Positions 9,863 through 17,851 of a stretch of 59,262 nt of DNA are shown piece by piece. Below the pieces are notes generated by a model that saw nothing but the letters and a program-made list of their open reading frames with translations, was not told the origin of the DNA and searched no databases. Source of the stretch: Gemmatimonadales bacterium (GTDB lineage: Bacteria > Gemmatimonadota > Gemmatimonadetes > Gemmatimonadales > GWC2-71-9); the NCBI GenBank assembly GCA_038240975.1, contig JBBRGF010000001.1, forward strand, positions 1-59,262. The letters are read 5' to 3'. Numbering within the stretch: the first letter of the stretch is position 1; each line of letters begins with the position of its first letter. The translations under genes were made by a program, and so were the position numbers.

Positions 9863-9973
9863 AAGAGCAGAGAAGGGAGAAGAGAGAAGGGTTCACCACG
9901 GGAACACGGAAGAGCCAGTGACACACGAGAAAACCAATAGAGAAACTTGTGGTTCTCCGTGACCTCCGTGGTG
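9863..9973. repeat. heptamer-phased purine-rich repeat (GAGAAGG GAGAAGA GAGAAGG GTTCACC) followed by an imperfect hairpin; intergenic element, copy A
   Basis: Read directly. It starts right after the TAG at 9860-9862. Hairpin arms are 9894-9914 (caccacgggaacacggaagag) and 9953-9973 (ttctccgtgacctccgtggtg). It lies between convergent genes. Confidence 0.6.
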
Positions 9974-10016
9974 GATACATCTCAATGTGAAAGCAACTCG
10001 CGGCGGATCGGGATCT

Positions 10017-10508
10017 CTACTCGACGTCGAGCGGAGTCAGCGGGACGAGTCGTCCGCGGGGCGGTATTCCTGCCTCCAGCTCCAGTATCCCCACCGAGGC
10101 CGGTAAGTCGAAGCGGCGCGGGCCGGCGCCGCCCGGATTCATCACGGTCACGACCACATCGACAAGCGTGAGCATGGGGCGGTGCGTGTGCCCGAAGATC
10201 AGGATTTCCGCGTCGGGATACGCGGCGTGCAGTCTTGCGGGGTTGGGCACGCCGAGCTGATCGCCGTGGGTGACGACGACGTTGAACCCGTCGAGCTCGA
10301 GCGCGGCGACTTGCGGCAAGCGCTCGCGCAGATCCCATCCGTCGGTATTCCCGTACACTGCCGTGACCGGCGCGATGGCCTCCAGATCGGTGAGGAGGGA
10401 AGCCGAGCCGACGTCGCCGGCGTGTAGGATGTGGTCGACGCCGCTGAATACGTCGAAGACCTCCGGCCGGAGCAGTCCGTGGGTATCGGAAATGACACCG
10501 AGTCGCAC
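10017..10508 (-). CDS. metallophosphoesterase, YfcE/MJ0936 family
   Basis: 163-aa ORF with motifs MRLGVISDTHG, HAGDVG, GNTDG, VVTHGD and FGHTHRP. Confidence 0.85.
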   Translation of the reverse strand: MRLGVISDTHGLLRPEVFDVFSGVDHILHAGDVGSASLLTDLEAIAPVTAVYGNTDGWDLRERLPQVAALELDGFNVVVTHGDQLGVPNPARLHAAYPDAEILIFGHTHRPMLTLVDVVVTVMNPGGAGPRRFDLPASVGILELEAGIPPRGRLVPLTPLDVE

Positions 10509-10515
10509 GCGGCGC

Positions 10516-11118
10516 TCAGCCGCTATCGCCCGACCAGCGGCGTGCGATTTCGATGTCGATATCGAATTGGTCGAGGATCCGTTGCACCACGAAATCCAGC
10601 AGCTCGGAGATCTGGGTCGGCCGGTGGTAGAAGCCGGGAGCGGCCGGAATGACGACCGCGCCCGCCTCGGTGACCGACACGAGATTGCGCAAGTGCACGA
10701 GAGACAGAGGCGTCTCGCGCGGCACGAGGATGAGCCGGCGCCGCTCCTTGAGCGTCACATCGGCCGCGCGCTCCACCAGCGAGCGGCTGGTGCCCGCCGC
10801 GATGGCGGCGACGGTGCCCATCGAGCAGGGACACACCACCATCCCGCTCGTGCGGCGCGAGCCCGACGCGGGCAGGGCGCCGCGATCGTCGTCGGGGAAT
10901 ACGGTCACCGACGACCAGTCTTCCCCGGTAGCTCGCTGGAGCGATTCGATCGAGTCGATGCCGCACTCCTCGCGGAGCAGTCGTGACCCGTGACTCGAGG
11001 GTATGAGCCAGACGGGCACCCGGTTCCGAGCCAGGACTTCGAGAAGGCGGACGGCGTACGGAGCGCCCGACGCTCCGGTGAGCGCCACGACAAGAGGATG
11101 CCGGCCGGCGGCAGTCAT
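10516..11118 (-). CDS. ubiX: flavin prenyltransferase UbiX family (prenyl-FMN synthase)
   Basis: Internal ATG (codon 156) of ORF 10516..11583. MTAAGRHPLVVALTGASGAPYAVRLLEVL... is typical of UbiX/Pad1. Its ATG overlaps the ubiA stop (ATGA at 11115-11118). Confidence 0.88.
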   Translation of the reverse strand: MTAAGRHPLVVALTGASGAPYAVRLLEVLARNRVPVWLIPSSHGSRLLREECGIDSIESLQRATGEDWSSVTVFPDDDRGALPASGSRRTSGMVVCPCSMGTVAAIAAGTSRSLVERAADVTLKERRRLILVPRETPLSLVHLRNLVSVTEAGAVVIPAAPGFYHRPTQISELLDFVVQRILDQFDIDIEIARRWSGDSG

Positions 11119-12017
11119 CCGACCGCCCGGTCGATCAGTGCGAAGGCGAAGACGGTGACCGACATGACGCCGTTCATCGTGAAGAACGCCGCATCGAGCC
11201 TCGAGAGATCGCCCGGCCGCACCAGGTGGTGCTCGTATACCAGGATGCCCGTCGCTACCGCGAGCCCGGCGTAGTACCAGGCGCCGAATCCTACTCCATA
11301 TCCAAAGAGGGCAAGGGCCGGAATGGTGACTCCGTGCAGAGCCTTGGCCAGGAAGATCGCCCGCGGCTCGCCGAGCCGCACCACCGCGCTCCGAAGCCCG
11401 TTGGCGCGGTCGAAGCCGGCGTCGGGCAAGGCGTAGAAGATATCGAACCCCGCTACCCACGTCGCGACGGCGGTGCTCACGGCAAAGAGCAGCCAGGGCG
11501 GCTGGCTCCAGTGTCCGGTGACGGCGAGGTAGCCACCCACCGGCGCGATGGCGAGGCTCATACCGAGCCACAGGTGTGGCCACCAGGTGAACCGCTTGGA
11601 GAGGCTGTAGGTGAGTACCCAGGCGAGGGCGATGGGGCTCAGTATCATGCAGAGAGGGTTGAGGAGCGCGGAGGCGAGCACGAAGAGGGCCGCAGCCACC
11701 ACTACCGACACCCAGGCCTGCACCGACGTGAGTGCTCCGCGGGGGAGCTCGCGGTTCATGGTGCGGGGGTTTCGGGCATCGTAGGCAAGATCGGCGATCC
11801 GGTTGAATCCCATGGCGGCCCAGCGCGCCGCGGAGAAGGCGAGGACGACGAGACCCACCCTTCGTACACCGACGGTGGCGATGCGAGAGGCGGCGAGGAC
11901 GCCGAGCAGAGCGAACGGAAGGGCGAAGAGGGTGTGCGGCAGCTTGACGAGATTGACGTAGCGGACGAGAAGCGACTCGCCGACGAACGTCTGGCCCTCA
12001 CGCAGACCTCCGGTCAT
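11115..12017 (-). CDS. ubiA: UbiA-family aromatic prenyltransferase (4-hydroxybenzoate polyprenyltransferase / MqnP-like)
   Basis: Polytopic membrane ORF with NRIADLAYDARNPRT (Asp-rich UbiA motif). ATG 12017 forms an ATGA overlap with the ubiD stop. The longest ORF starts at GTG 12041. Confidence 0.85.
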   Translation of the reverse strand: MTGGLREGQTFVGESLLVRYVNLVKLPHTLFALPFALLGVLAASRIATVGVRRVGLVVLAFSAARWAAMGFNRIADLAYDARNPRTMNRELPRGALTSVQAWVSVVVAAALFVLASALLNPLCMILSPIALAWVLTYSLSKRFTWWPHLWLGMSLAIAPVGGYLAVTGHWSQPPWLLFAVSTAVATWVAGFDIFYALPDAGFDRANGLRSAVVRLGEPRAIFLAKALHGVTIPALALFGYGVGFGAWYYAGLAVATGILVYEHHLVRPGDLSRLDAAFFTMNGVMSVTVFAFALIDRAVG

Positions 12018-13486
12018 AGGTGAATGCCCAGACTCGACCACATCTCATCGACACGCTTCCTGGTCTCCGCATCCATCTCGATCAGCGCGGGCCACTCCCG
12101 ATCGAACCCCTCCTCCTTCCATTTCCGCGTGGCGTCGATGCCCATCTTGCTCCCGTATGTGAAGCCTCGGCTCGAGTGGTCAAGCACGTCCATCGGGCCC
12201 ATCGTGAAGCGCACGTCGCGCTCGGGATCGATGTTGTTGAGTGCCACCCACCACGCCTCGTCGGGGTTGCGGACGTTCACGTGCCTGTCGACGATCACCA
12301 GCACCTTCGCGAGCGACATCAGCCCCTGACCCCACAGGGCGTTCATGACCTTGTACGCCTGCCCCGGGTACTGCTTGTCGATCGATACGAAGACCAGATT
12401 GTGGAATATCCCTGCCGCCGGCATATGGTAGTCGACGATCTCCGGGACCGTGAGCTTGAGCAACGGCAGGAAGATTCGCTCGGTGGCATGGCCGAGGTAA
12501 TAGTCCTCCATCGGCGGCCGGCCGACCAGGGTGGCGGGGTAGATCGGATCGCGGCGGGCCGTGATCGCGGTGACGTGCACGAGCGGATAGTAGTCGGCGA
12601 GAGAGTAGAACCCGGTATGATCGCCGAACGGTCCCTCCAGAACGAGTGGTTCGGCGGGGTCGATGTACCCCTCGAGCACCAGCTCGGCTTCGGCCGGCAC
12701 TTCAAGAGCGCTGGTGACGGCCTTGGCGAGCTCCACCGGCGACCGGCGGAGGAATCCGGCGAAGAGGAATTCGTCGATGGTGGGTGGGAGCGGCGCGCTG
12801 GCAGAGTAGATGCTGGCTGGATCGCCGCCGATGGCGATCACCACCGGCATCCGCTCGCCCCGCTCGGCCATATCGCGCCAGTGCGCCGCGCCCACCTTGT
12901 GGCGCTGCCAGTGCATGGCGAGGGTGTTGCGCCCGAGCACCTGCACGCGGTACATGCCGACGTTCCGGATGCCGCGCGCCGGATCGGTGGTGATCACCAT
13001 GGGCAGGGTGATGTATCGCCCGCCGTCCTGCGGCCAGGTGGTGAGAAACGGTATCTGGTCGAGATTGACCGCTTCGCCCTTCAGGATCACTTCCTGGCAG
13101 GGAGGGCGGCCGCCCTTGAGCTTTGGCGGAAACTTGCCGACCTCGGCAAGCTTCGGCAGCAGCGCCAGCTTGCCAAAGAAGCCGCCGGGCACCTTGAGCT
13201 CGAGCATCTCGGCGATGCGGTCGCCGATGGAGTCGAGGTCGTCGACACCGAGGGCGAGGCACATGCGACGCATCGAGCCATAGAGATTGATCGCGACAGG
13301 CTGAGAGCTGCGCTTGCCGTCGTCGAGGATGACGTGCTCGAAAAACAGTGCCGGCCCCCCGCCGGGGCTCTTCATGCAGCGGTCGGCGATCTCCGCGATC
13401 TCGAGCCGGGCGCGCACCGGATGCGACACGCGGGTCAGCTCACCGATCGCCTCGATAGCCCTGATGAACTCGCGGAGGTTGTTCAT
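12014..13486 (-). CDS. ubiD: UbiD-family (prenyl-FMN dependent) decarboxylase
   Basis: 490-aa ORF, full-length UbiD-like (…GPFGDHTGFYS…). It sits next to ubiX and ubiA. Confidence 0.88.
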   Translation of the reverse strand: MNNLREFIRAIEAIGELTRVSHPVRARLEIAEIADRCMKSPGGGPALFFEHVILDDGKRSSQPVAINLYGSMRRMCLALGVDDLDSIGDRIAEMLELKVPGGFFGKLALLPKLAEVGKFPPKLKGGRPPCQEVILKGEAVNLDQIPFLTTWPQDGGRYITLPMVITTDPARGIRNVGMYRVQVLGRNTLAMHWQRHKVGAAHWRDMAERGERMPVVIAIGGDPASIYSASAPLPPTIDEFLFAGFLRRSPVELAKAVTSALEVPAEAELVLEGYIDPAEPLVLEGPFGDHTGFYSLADYYPLVHVTAITARRDPIYPATLVGRPPMEDYYLGHATERIFLPLLKLTVPEIVDYHMPAAGIFHNLVFVSIDKQYPGQAYKVMNALWGQGLMSLAKVLVIVDRHVNVRNPDEAWWVALNNIDPERDVRFTMGPMDVLDHSSRGFTYGSKMGIDATRKWKEEGFDREWPALIEMDAETRKRVDEMWSSLGIHL

Positions 13487-13489
13487 AGG

Positions 13490-13640
13490 CAGACGGAGAA
13501 CGGAGAAGGGAGAACGGAGAACGGGACACAGGGAACGGGAACCGCTGAAAGGCGAACGGGGAAAGGGTTTCGGCTGTCAGGGAACAGGTTTTTACCGTTC
13601 TCCATTCTCCCTTCTCCGTTCTCCGTTCTCCGTTTCCCGT
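13490..13640. repeat. large inverted repeat built from tandem heptamers (ACGGAGA x ~5 / CCGTTCT x ~6), copy B; intercistronic hairpin between ubiE and ubiD
   Basis: Left arm 13493-13526 is acggagaacggagaagggagaacggagaacggga. Right arm 13595-13633 is ccgttctccattctcccttctccgttctccgttctccgt. The arms are complementary over about 28 nt with 2 mismatches. The loop of about 68 nt contains degenerate heptamers. Confidence 0.8.
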
Positions 13641-14366
13641 TCACCGCTTCACTCCCACATAGAGTGCGCAGACTCCGCCCATGAACAGCTTGAACGTCAC
13701 CTCCCGGAAACCCCCGGCGGTCATGCGCGCGGCGAATTTGGCGGGTGCGGGAAACGACTGGGTGGACTCTGGTAACCACTCATACGCGGTCGTATGTTTG
13801 GAAATCAGGCGTCCGATCCGCGGTATCACACGGCGGAAGTAGAACTGGTAGATCCGCCGAAACTGCGGCTGCGGCGGCAGGGTCATTTCGAGGATCACCA
13901 GCCTGGCTCCGGGGCGGAGGGTCCGCGCGGCTTCGGCAAGGCCGGCATCGAGATCGACCAGGTTCCGGATTCCCCAACCCACCATCGCCCCATCGAAGGA
14001 TGCATCCGGGAACGGCAGGTCGAGCGCGTCGGCCGCGACCGGCTCCAACCCGTGGGCCTTGTTACGGCCGAGGCTGAGCATGGCGCGCACGAAGTCGGCG
14101 CCGACGATCCGTCCACGGAAGCCCGGTTGGCGTGCCAGCATCGCCCCGAAATCGAGTGTGCCCGCGCAGAGGTCGAGATAGATTCCTTCGGGAACCCGCT
14201 CCCAATCCAGCCGTCCGACCGCAAACCGCCGCCAGCGCCGATCGAATCGGAGGCTGATGATGTGGTTGAGACGATCGTAGGTGGGCGCGATGGCGGTAAA
14301 GACCTCACGGACGTAGGCTCGCTTTTCCGGGCCCGCGACAGGTAACTCACGATCTGAGGCTAACAT
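13641..14366 (-). CDS. ubiE: demethylmenaquinone / ubiquinone C-methyltransferase
   Basis: 241-aa ORF. VFTAIAPTYDRLNHIISLRFDRRWRR plus the SAM-binding DLCAGTLDFG are typical of UbiE/MenG. Confidence 0.88.
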   Translation of the reverse strand: MLASDRELPVAGPEKRAYVREVFTAIAPTYDRLNHIISLRFDRRWRRFAVGRLDWERVPEGIYLDLCAGTLDFGAMLARQPGFRGRIVGADFVRAMLSLGRNKAHGLEPVAADALDLPFPDASFDGAMVGWGIRNLVDLDAGLAEAARTLRPGARLVILEMTLPPQPQFRRIYQFYFRRVIPRIGRLISKHTTAYEWLPESTQSFPAPAKFAARMTAGGFREVTFKLFMGGVCALYVGVKR

Positions 14367-14416
14367 AGGCCATCAATGTAGTCCGCCCGCGAGATCCTTG
14401 GCAAGCCACGGCGCCG

Positions 14417-15019
14417 ATGGCTAGCGCCTCCGAGTGGGCTCCGCTCACCGATCAGCAAGTTGTGCTGCTCGCCCGCGGCGGGCGCGAGTCGGCGTACCGG
14501 GAGCTGATCCGGCGGTACGAGCGGCCGGTCTTCGCCCTCCTCTTTCGCATGGTGCGCGACCGGGAGTTGGCGGAGGATCTGTCGCAGGAGACGTTCGTAA
14601 AGGCGCTCAACGCCATTGCCTCCTACCGTCCCGAGTTCAAGTTCTCGTCGTGGATATTCAAGATCGCGAACAACGCGGCCATCGATCACCTGCGTCGCCG
14701 CGAGCTGGATACGCTCTCACTCGACGGGTCTCCCCACGCCGAAACGCCCGAGGCGATGCAGGCCACGGCGCTTCAGATCGGGGCGAGACAGGAGACTCCG
14801 CTCGAAGCGGTGGAGGCGAGGGAGTTGGGCGGCGCGATCGAGGCCGCGATCGGTCGCCTCAGACCGGAGTATCGCTCGTGCATTCTATTGCGGCATGTCG
14901 AGGGACGCGCCTATGAGGAAATCGCCGAAATCCTCAGTCTCCCGCTCGGCACCGTGAAGACGTACATCCACCGGGCCCGCAACGAGCTACGCCTCTCGCT
15001 CGCCCACCTGAAAGAATGA
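14417..15019 (+). CDS. ECF-type RNA polymerase sigma-70 family factor
   Basis: 200-aa ORF with region 2 (YRELIRRYERPVFALLFRMV...DLSQETFVKA) and region 4 (YRSCILLRHVEGRAYEEIAEILSLPLGTVKTYIHRAR). Confidence 0.9.
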   Translation: MASASEWAPLTDQQVVLLARGGRESAYRELIRRYERPVFALLFRMVRDRELAEDLSQETFVKALNAIASYRPEFKFSSWIFKIANNAAIDHLRRRELDTLSLDGSPHAETPEAMQATALQIGARQETPLEAVEARELGGAIEAAIGRLRPEYRSCILLRHVEGRAYEEIAEILSLPLGTVKTYIHRARNELRLSLAHLKE

Positions 15020-15056
15020 AACCTTCGCCCAGACCCGACCGTAGGAGGGTCCACTT

Positions 15057-15668
15057 ATGAATCCGGCACAGGGTCCGCATCTCTCTCACGACGATTTCGA
15101 TGCGTGGACGTCAGGCGCGTCGCTCTCAGCACAGGTGCGGGACCATCTCGCCGGCTGTCCGGAGTGCCTCGAACGGGCCGAGGCGGAGCGCGAGGTCGTC
15201 GCGCTGATCTCGGCACTCGCGCCCATGGCTCCGGCTCCCGACTTTGCCGACAGAGTCATGCAGTCGGTGTCGGTGCCCGATCCCTTCTCGCTCCGATCGC
15301 TCGCCGGCATCCACCGGCGCCTCTTCGCGACTCCGCGTGCCGCCGCGCTGGCGGCCACGCTCGCCCTCTTGGTGGTCGGGTCGATGACCGCGAGCGTCAT
15401 GTGGAGTCTCGGGCACCCCGAGGCGCTCGCCGCACTCGGCTCATGGATCAGGTCCGAAGCGTGGCAAGCCGGGTGGATCGCCGTGCGCGGCCTGGCGTCC
15501 AACGTGATCGAACAACCGTGGTACTCAGGGCTACGCCAATCGCTCGATCATCCGGCCCGATGGGGCGCCGGCTCGGCGTTCGTGTCCCTGTTGTACGCTG
15601 GAGGCATCCTGGCAATGCGCCGGCTGATGTCAGATCCGGCGCGGCAGGTGTCACATGCCAACGTCTAG
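15057..15668 (+). CDS. anti-sigma factor (zf-HC2 type) with transmembrane segment
   Basis: 203-aa ORF immediately after the ECF sigma gene, preceded by AGGAGGG. It has an H-x3-C-x2-C motif (DHLAGCPECL) and hydrophobic helices. Confidence 0.75.
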   Translation: MNPAQGPHLSHDDFDAWTSGASLSAQVRDHLAGCPECLERAEAEREVVALISALAPMAPAPDFADRVMQSVSVPDPFSLRSLAGIHRRLFATPRAAALAATLALLVVGSMTASVMWSLGHPEALAALGSWIRSEAWQAGWIAVRGLASNVIEQPWYSGLRQSLDHPARWGAGSAFVSLLYAGGILAMRRLMSDPARQVSHANV

Positions 15669-16944
15669 CCGGGCGGCGGTGCTGCTCCTGCTGGTTTCCG
15701 CCGGGGTTCCGGCGGTCGCCGGCGCGGCCTCGCCATACGATCCGACGGAGTCTCGCACCGTGGCCATCGTACACGATTTCTGGCGCCTCGTGTCCGACGT
15801 CTCCACGTTGACGAGGCCGCCGCAGCAGCGCCCCAAGCCGCAGATTATCGACTCCGCGGCGCGAGGAGCTCCCGAAGTTCACCTCAGCGACCTCAGCAAG
15901 CCCAACGAAATCGAATCTACGCTGCGACAGGCACTGCGTCCCACCGATGGCACCATGAGGGTGACGGTCAGCGGTGGCACCGCAATGCTCGGCAATTTCA
16001 ATCTCGGCACCAACGAGCAGATGAAGGGCCATCTGCTGGTCGTCCGAGGCGATGCCGACGTGTATGGCCATCTCCTCGGTAACCTCGTCACCGTCGAGGG
16101 CGACGTCTTCGTGCACGATGGTGGCGTCGTGGCCGGCGATATCCTCGCGCTCGGCGGGCAGGTCCGCCGCGGCGACAGCGCCGAGATCGGCGGAGAAGTA
16201 CGTCAGATGAGCAAGGCGTCGGTGCTGGCTGCGCGGGCCGTTCCCACCGCGCCGTCCGCGCCGTCGGCCATCGAGACCCTGTTTCGCCGGGGCGCCGGCG
16301 TCGTTGGCGTCTTTCTCACCCTCGGCGCTCTCGGCTTTGGACTGGTGATGTTCGGCCGGCAGAATCTCGAAGTGGTCTCCGATACCGTATCGCACTCATT
16401 CGGCCGGTCGTTCGTCACCGGGCTTCTCGGCCAGATTCTTCTCCTTCCCACCTTTGGCATGCTGGTCGTGGGGCTCGTACTCAGCGTCGCAGGCATCCTC
16501 CTGCTGCCGTTCGCCGTCGCGGTGTACGCGTTGCTGATGGTCGTCGGGGTTCTGGGCGGTTTCCTTGCGGTGGCCCATGCCATGGGTGAGACCTACGTGC
16601 GCAGGCGGATGGCGCTCGGTGAGATCGTGGGGTCGCCCAACAGCTACCGCTATCTCCTGATCGGCCTCGGCGCGCTCGCCGCGTTCTGGCTGGCCTGGGC
16701 GGTATTCGGCTGGGTGCCCGTGGCGGGCAGCCTCATCCGCGGCGTGGCGTTTCTCATCACCTGGCTGCTGGCCACGGCCGGCTTCGGGGCTGCGCTCCTG
16801 AGCCGCGCCGGCATCAAAGAAAGCTTTGCCGGCCGCCTGCTGCCCCCCGAGGCGCTCACCGACGAGTACCTGTGGGCCACCCCACAGTTCGGCGTGCAGG
16901 CGGCACGCCGCCCCGGCTCCCGGACCCCCACCCGGGGGCTCTGA
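15655..16944 (+). CDS. membrane protein: signal peptide + bactofilin-like (polymer-forming beta-helix repeat) domain + multi-pass C-terminal region
   Basis: 429-aa ORF overlapping the anti-sigma stop by 14 nt. It has the repeat GHLLVVRGDADVYGHLLGNLVTVEGDVFVHDGGVVAGDILALGGQVRRGDSAEIGGEV, then at least 5 hydrophobic helices. Confidence 0.6.
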   Translation: MPTSSRAAVLLLLVSAGVPAVAGAASPYDPTESRTVAIVHDFWRLVSDVSTLTRPPQQRPKPQIIDSAARGAPEVHLSDLSKPNEIESTLRQALRPTDGTMRVTVSGGTAMLGNFNLGTNEQMKGHLLVVRGDADVYGHLLGNLVTVEGDVFVHDGGVVAGDILALGGQVRRGDSAEIGGEVRQMSKASVLAARAVPTAPSAPSAIETLFRRGAGVVGVFLTLGALGFGLVMFGRQNLEVVSDTVSHSFGRSFVTGLLGQILLLPTFGMLVVGLVLSVAGILLLPFAVAVYALLMVVGVLGGFLAVAHAMGETYVRRRMALGEIVGSPNSYRYLLIGLGALAAFWLAWAVFGWVPVAGSLIRGVAFLITWLLATAGFGAALLSRAGIKESFAGRLLPPEALTDEYLWATPQFGVQAARRPGSRTPTRGL

Positions 16945-16946
16945 GC

Positions 16947-17795
16947 GTGCGAGCCTCCCTGCTCGCTGGAACCCTCATGCTCTGCGCGGGAAGCGCCGCC
17001 GCGCAGAGCATGCGTCCGTTCAGCACCTATCGCCAGTGGCACGGCGAAACCCGCCTGGCCACGCGACTCGAGTATGCCGCGGGCGCGCTCAGGGTGGGCG
17101 TCGGAACCGCCGACGAGCTCTACCGCATGGACATCTCGTACGACGAGAGCCGATTCGTGCCGTTGAGCGATTTCGACGCCTCCAGCAGCAGCGTTGCGCT
17201 GGGAGTTGCCGCGGCGGGCGGCGGAGGTGTCAGAGTCGTGTCCCAGAGCCAACTCAGACAGACGGCCGCCGTGACCTTCTCGCCTAGAACCGATCTGGCT
17301 CTCGACGTCAACCTCGGCGCCGTTGACGGCGATCTCGATCTGGGCGGGCTCCGCGTAACCGACCTCGATCTCTCGGCGGGTGCAAGCCGCGCCACGGTCC
17401 GGTTCAGCCGGCCGAATGGCACGCGTTGCCGGGCTGCCAGTCTCCGGGCCGGGGCAGCAGAACTCTCGGCTGTCGGACTCGGCAACAGCCGGTGCGACCG
17501 TATCGCCTTCGAAGGAGGCGTCGGCAGGGTCATGCTCGATTTCGGCGGCGCCTGGACGTCGAGCTCCCGGGTCGCGGTCAAGATGGCGCTCGGAGAAGTG
17601 CTGCTCAGGCTGCCCCGCCAGGTGGGTGTGAGCATCACGCTCGACAAGTTTCTCAGCACGTTCGACCCGGAGGGGCTCGAGCGCCGGGGCACGAGCTATC
17701 GGTCGGCGGGGTACGAGCAGGCGGCGCGGCATCTCGACATCAACATCTCGACGGCGGCCGGGGCGGTGAGAGTCGAATGGGAAGGCGAACGGTGA
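16947..17795 (+). CDS. secreted toastrack-like (DUF2154/DUF4097-type) protein
   Basis: GTG 16947 lies 2 nt after the upstream stop; the longest ORF starts at 16872. Signal peptide VRASLLAGTLMLCAGSAAAQS. Repetitive beta-strand pattern LDVNLGAVDGDLDLGGLRVTDLDLSAGAS...VMLDFGG. Confidence 0.55.
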   Translation: MRASLLAGTLMLCAGSAAAQSMRPFSTYRQWHGETRLATRLEYAAGALRVGVGTADELYRMDISYDESRFVPLSDFDASSSSVALGVAAAGGGGVRVVSQSQLRQTAAVTFSPRTDLALDVNLGAVDGDLDLGGLRVTDLDLSAGASRATVRFSRPNGTRCRAASLRAGAAELSAVGLGNSRCDRIAFEGGVGRVMLDFGGAWTSSSRVAVKMALGEVLLRLPRQVGVSITLDKFLSTFDPEGLERRGTSYRSAGYEQAARHLDINISTAAGAVRVEWEGER

Positions 17796-17847
17796 GAAAG
17801 CGGGGAGTCCTCCCCTTCTCCTTTCTCCCTTCTCCCTTCACCTTTTA
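17794..17847. repeat. hairpin (GAGAA-AGC-GGGGA-GTCC-TCCCC-TTCTC) plus pyrimidine heptamer tract (CCTTTCT CCCTTCT CCCTTCA CC), copy C of the intergenic repeat family; possible terminator
   Basis: Read directly between the toastrack stop (17793-17795) and the DUF4126 ATG (17852). It shares the TTCTCCCTTCTCC...TTCACC core with copy B's right arm. Confidence 0.5.
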
Positions 17848-17851
17848 ATGC

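Noticed and set aside
13487-13640. CRISPR array interpretation of the repeat-rich intergenic region.
   Set aside because: The units are contiguous 7-mers with no spacers, arranged as an inverted repeat. No cas genes are in the window.
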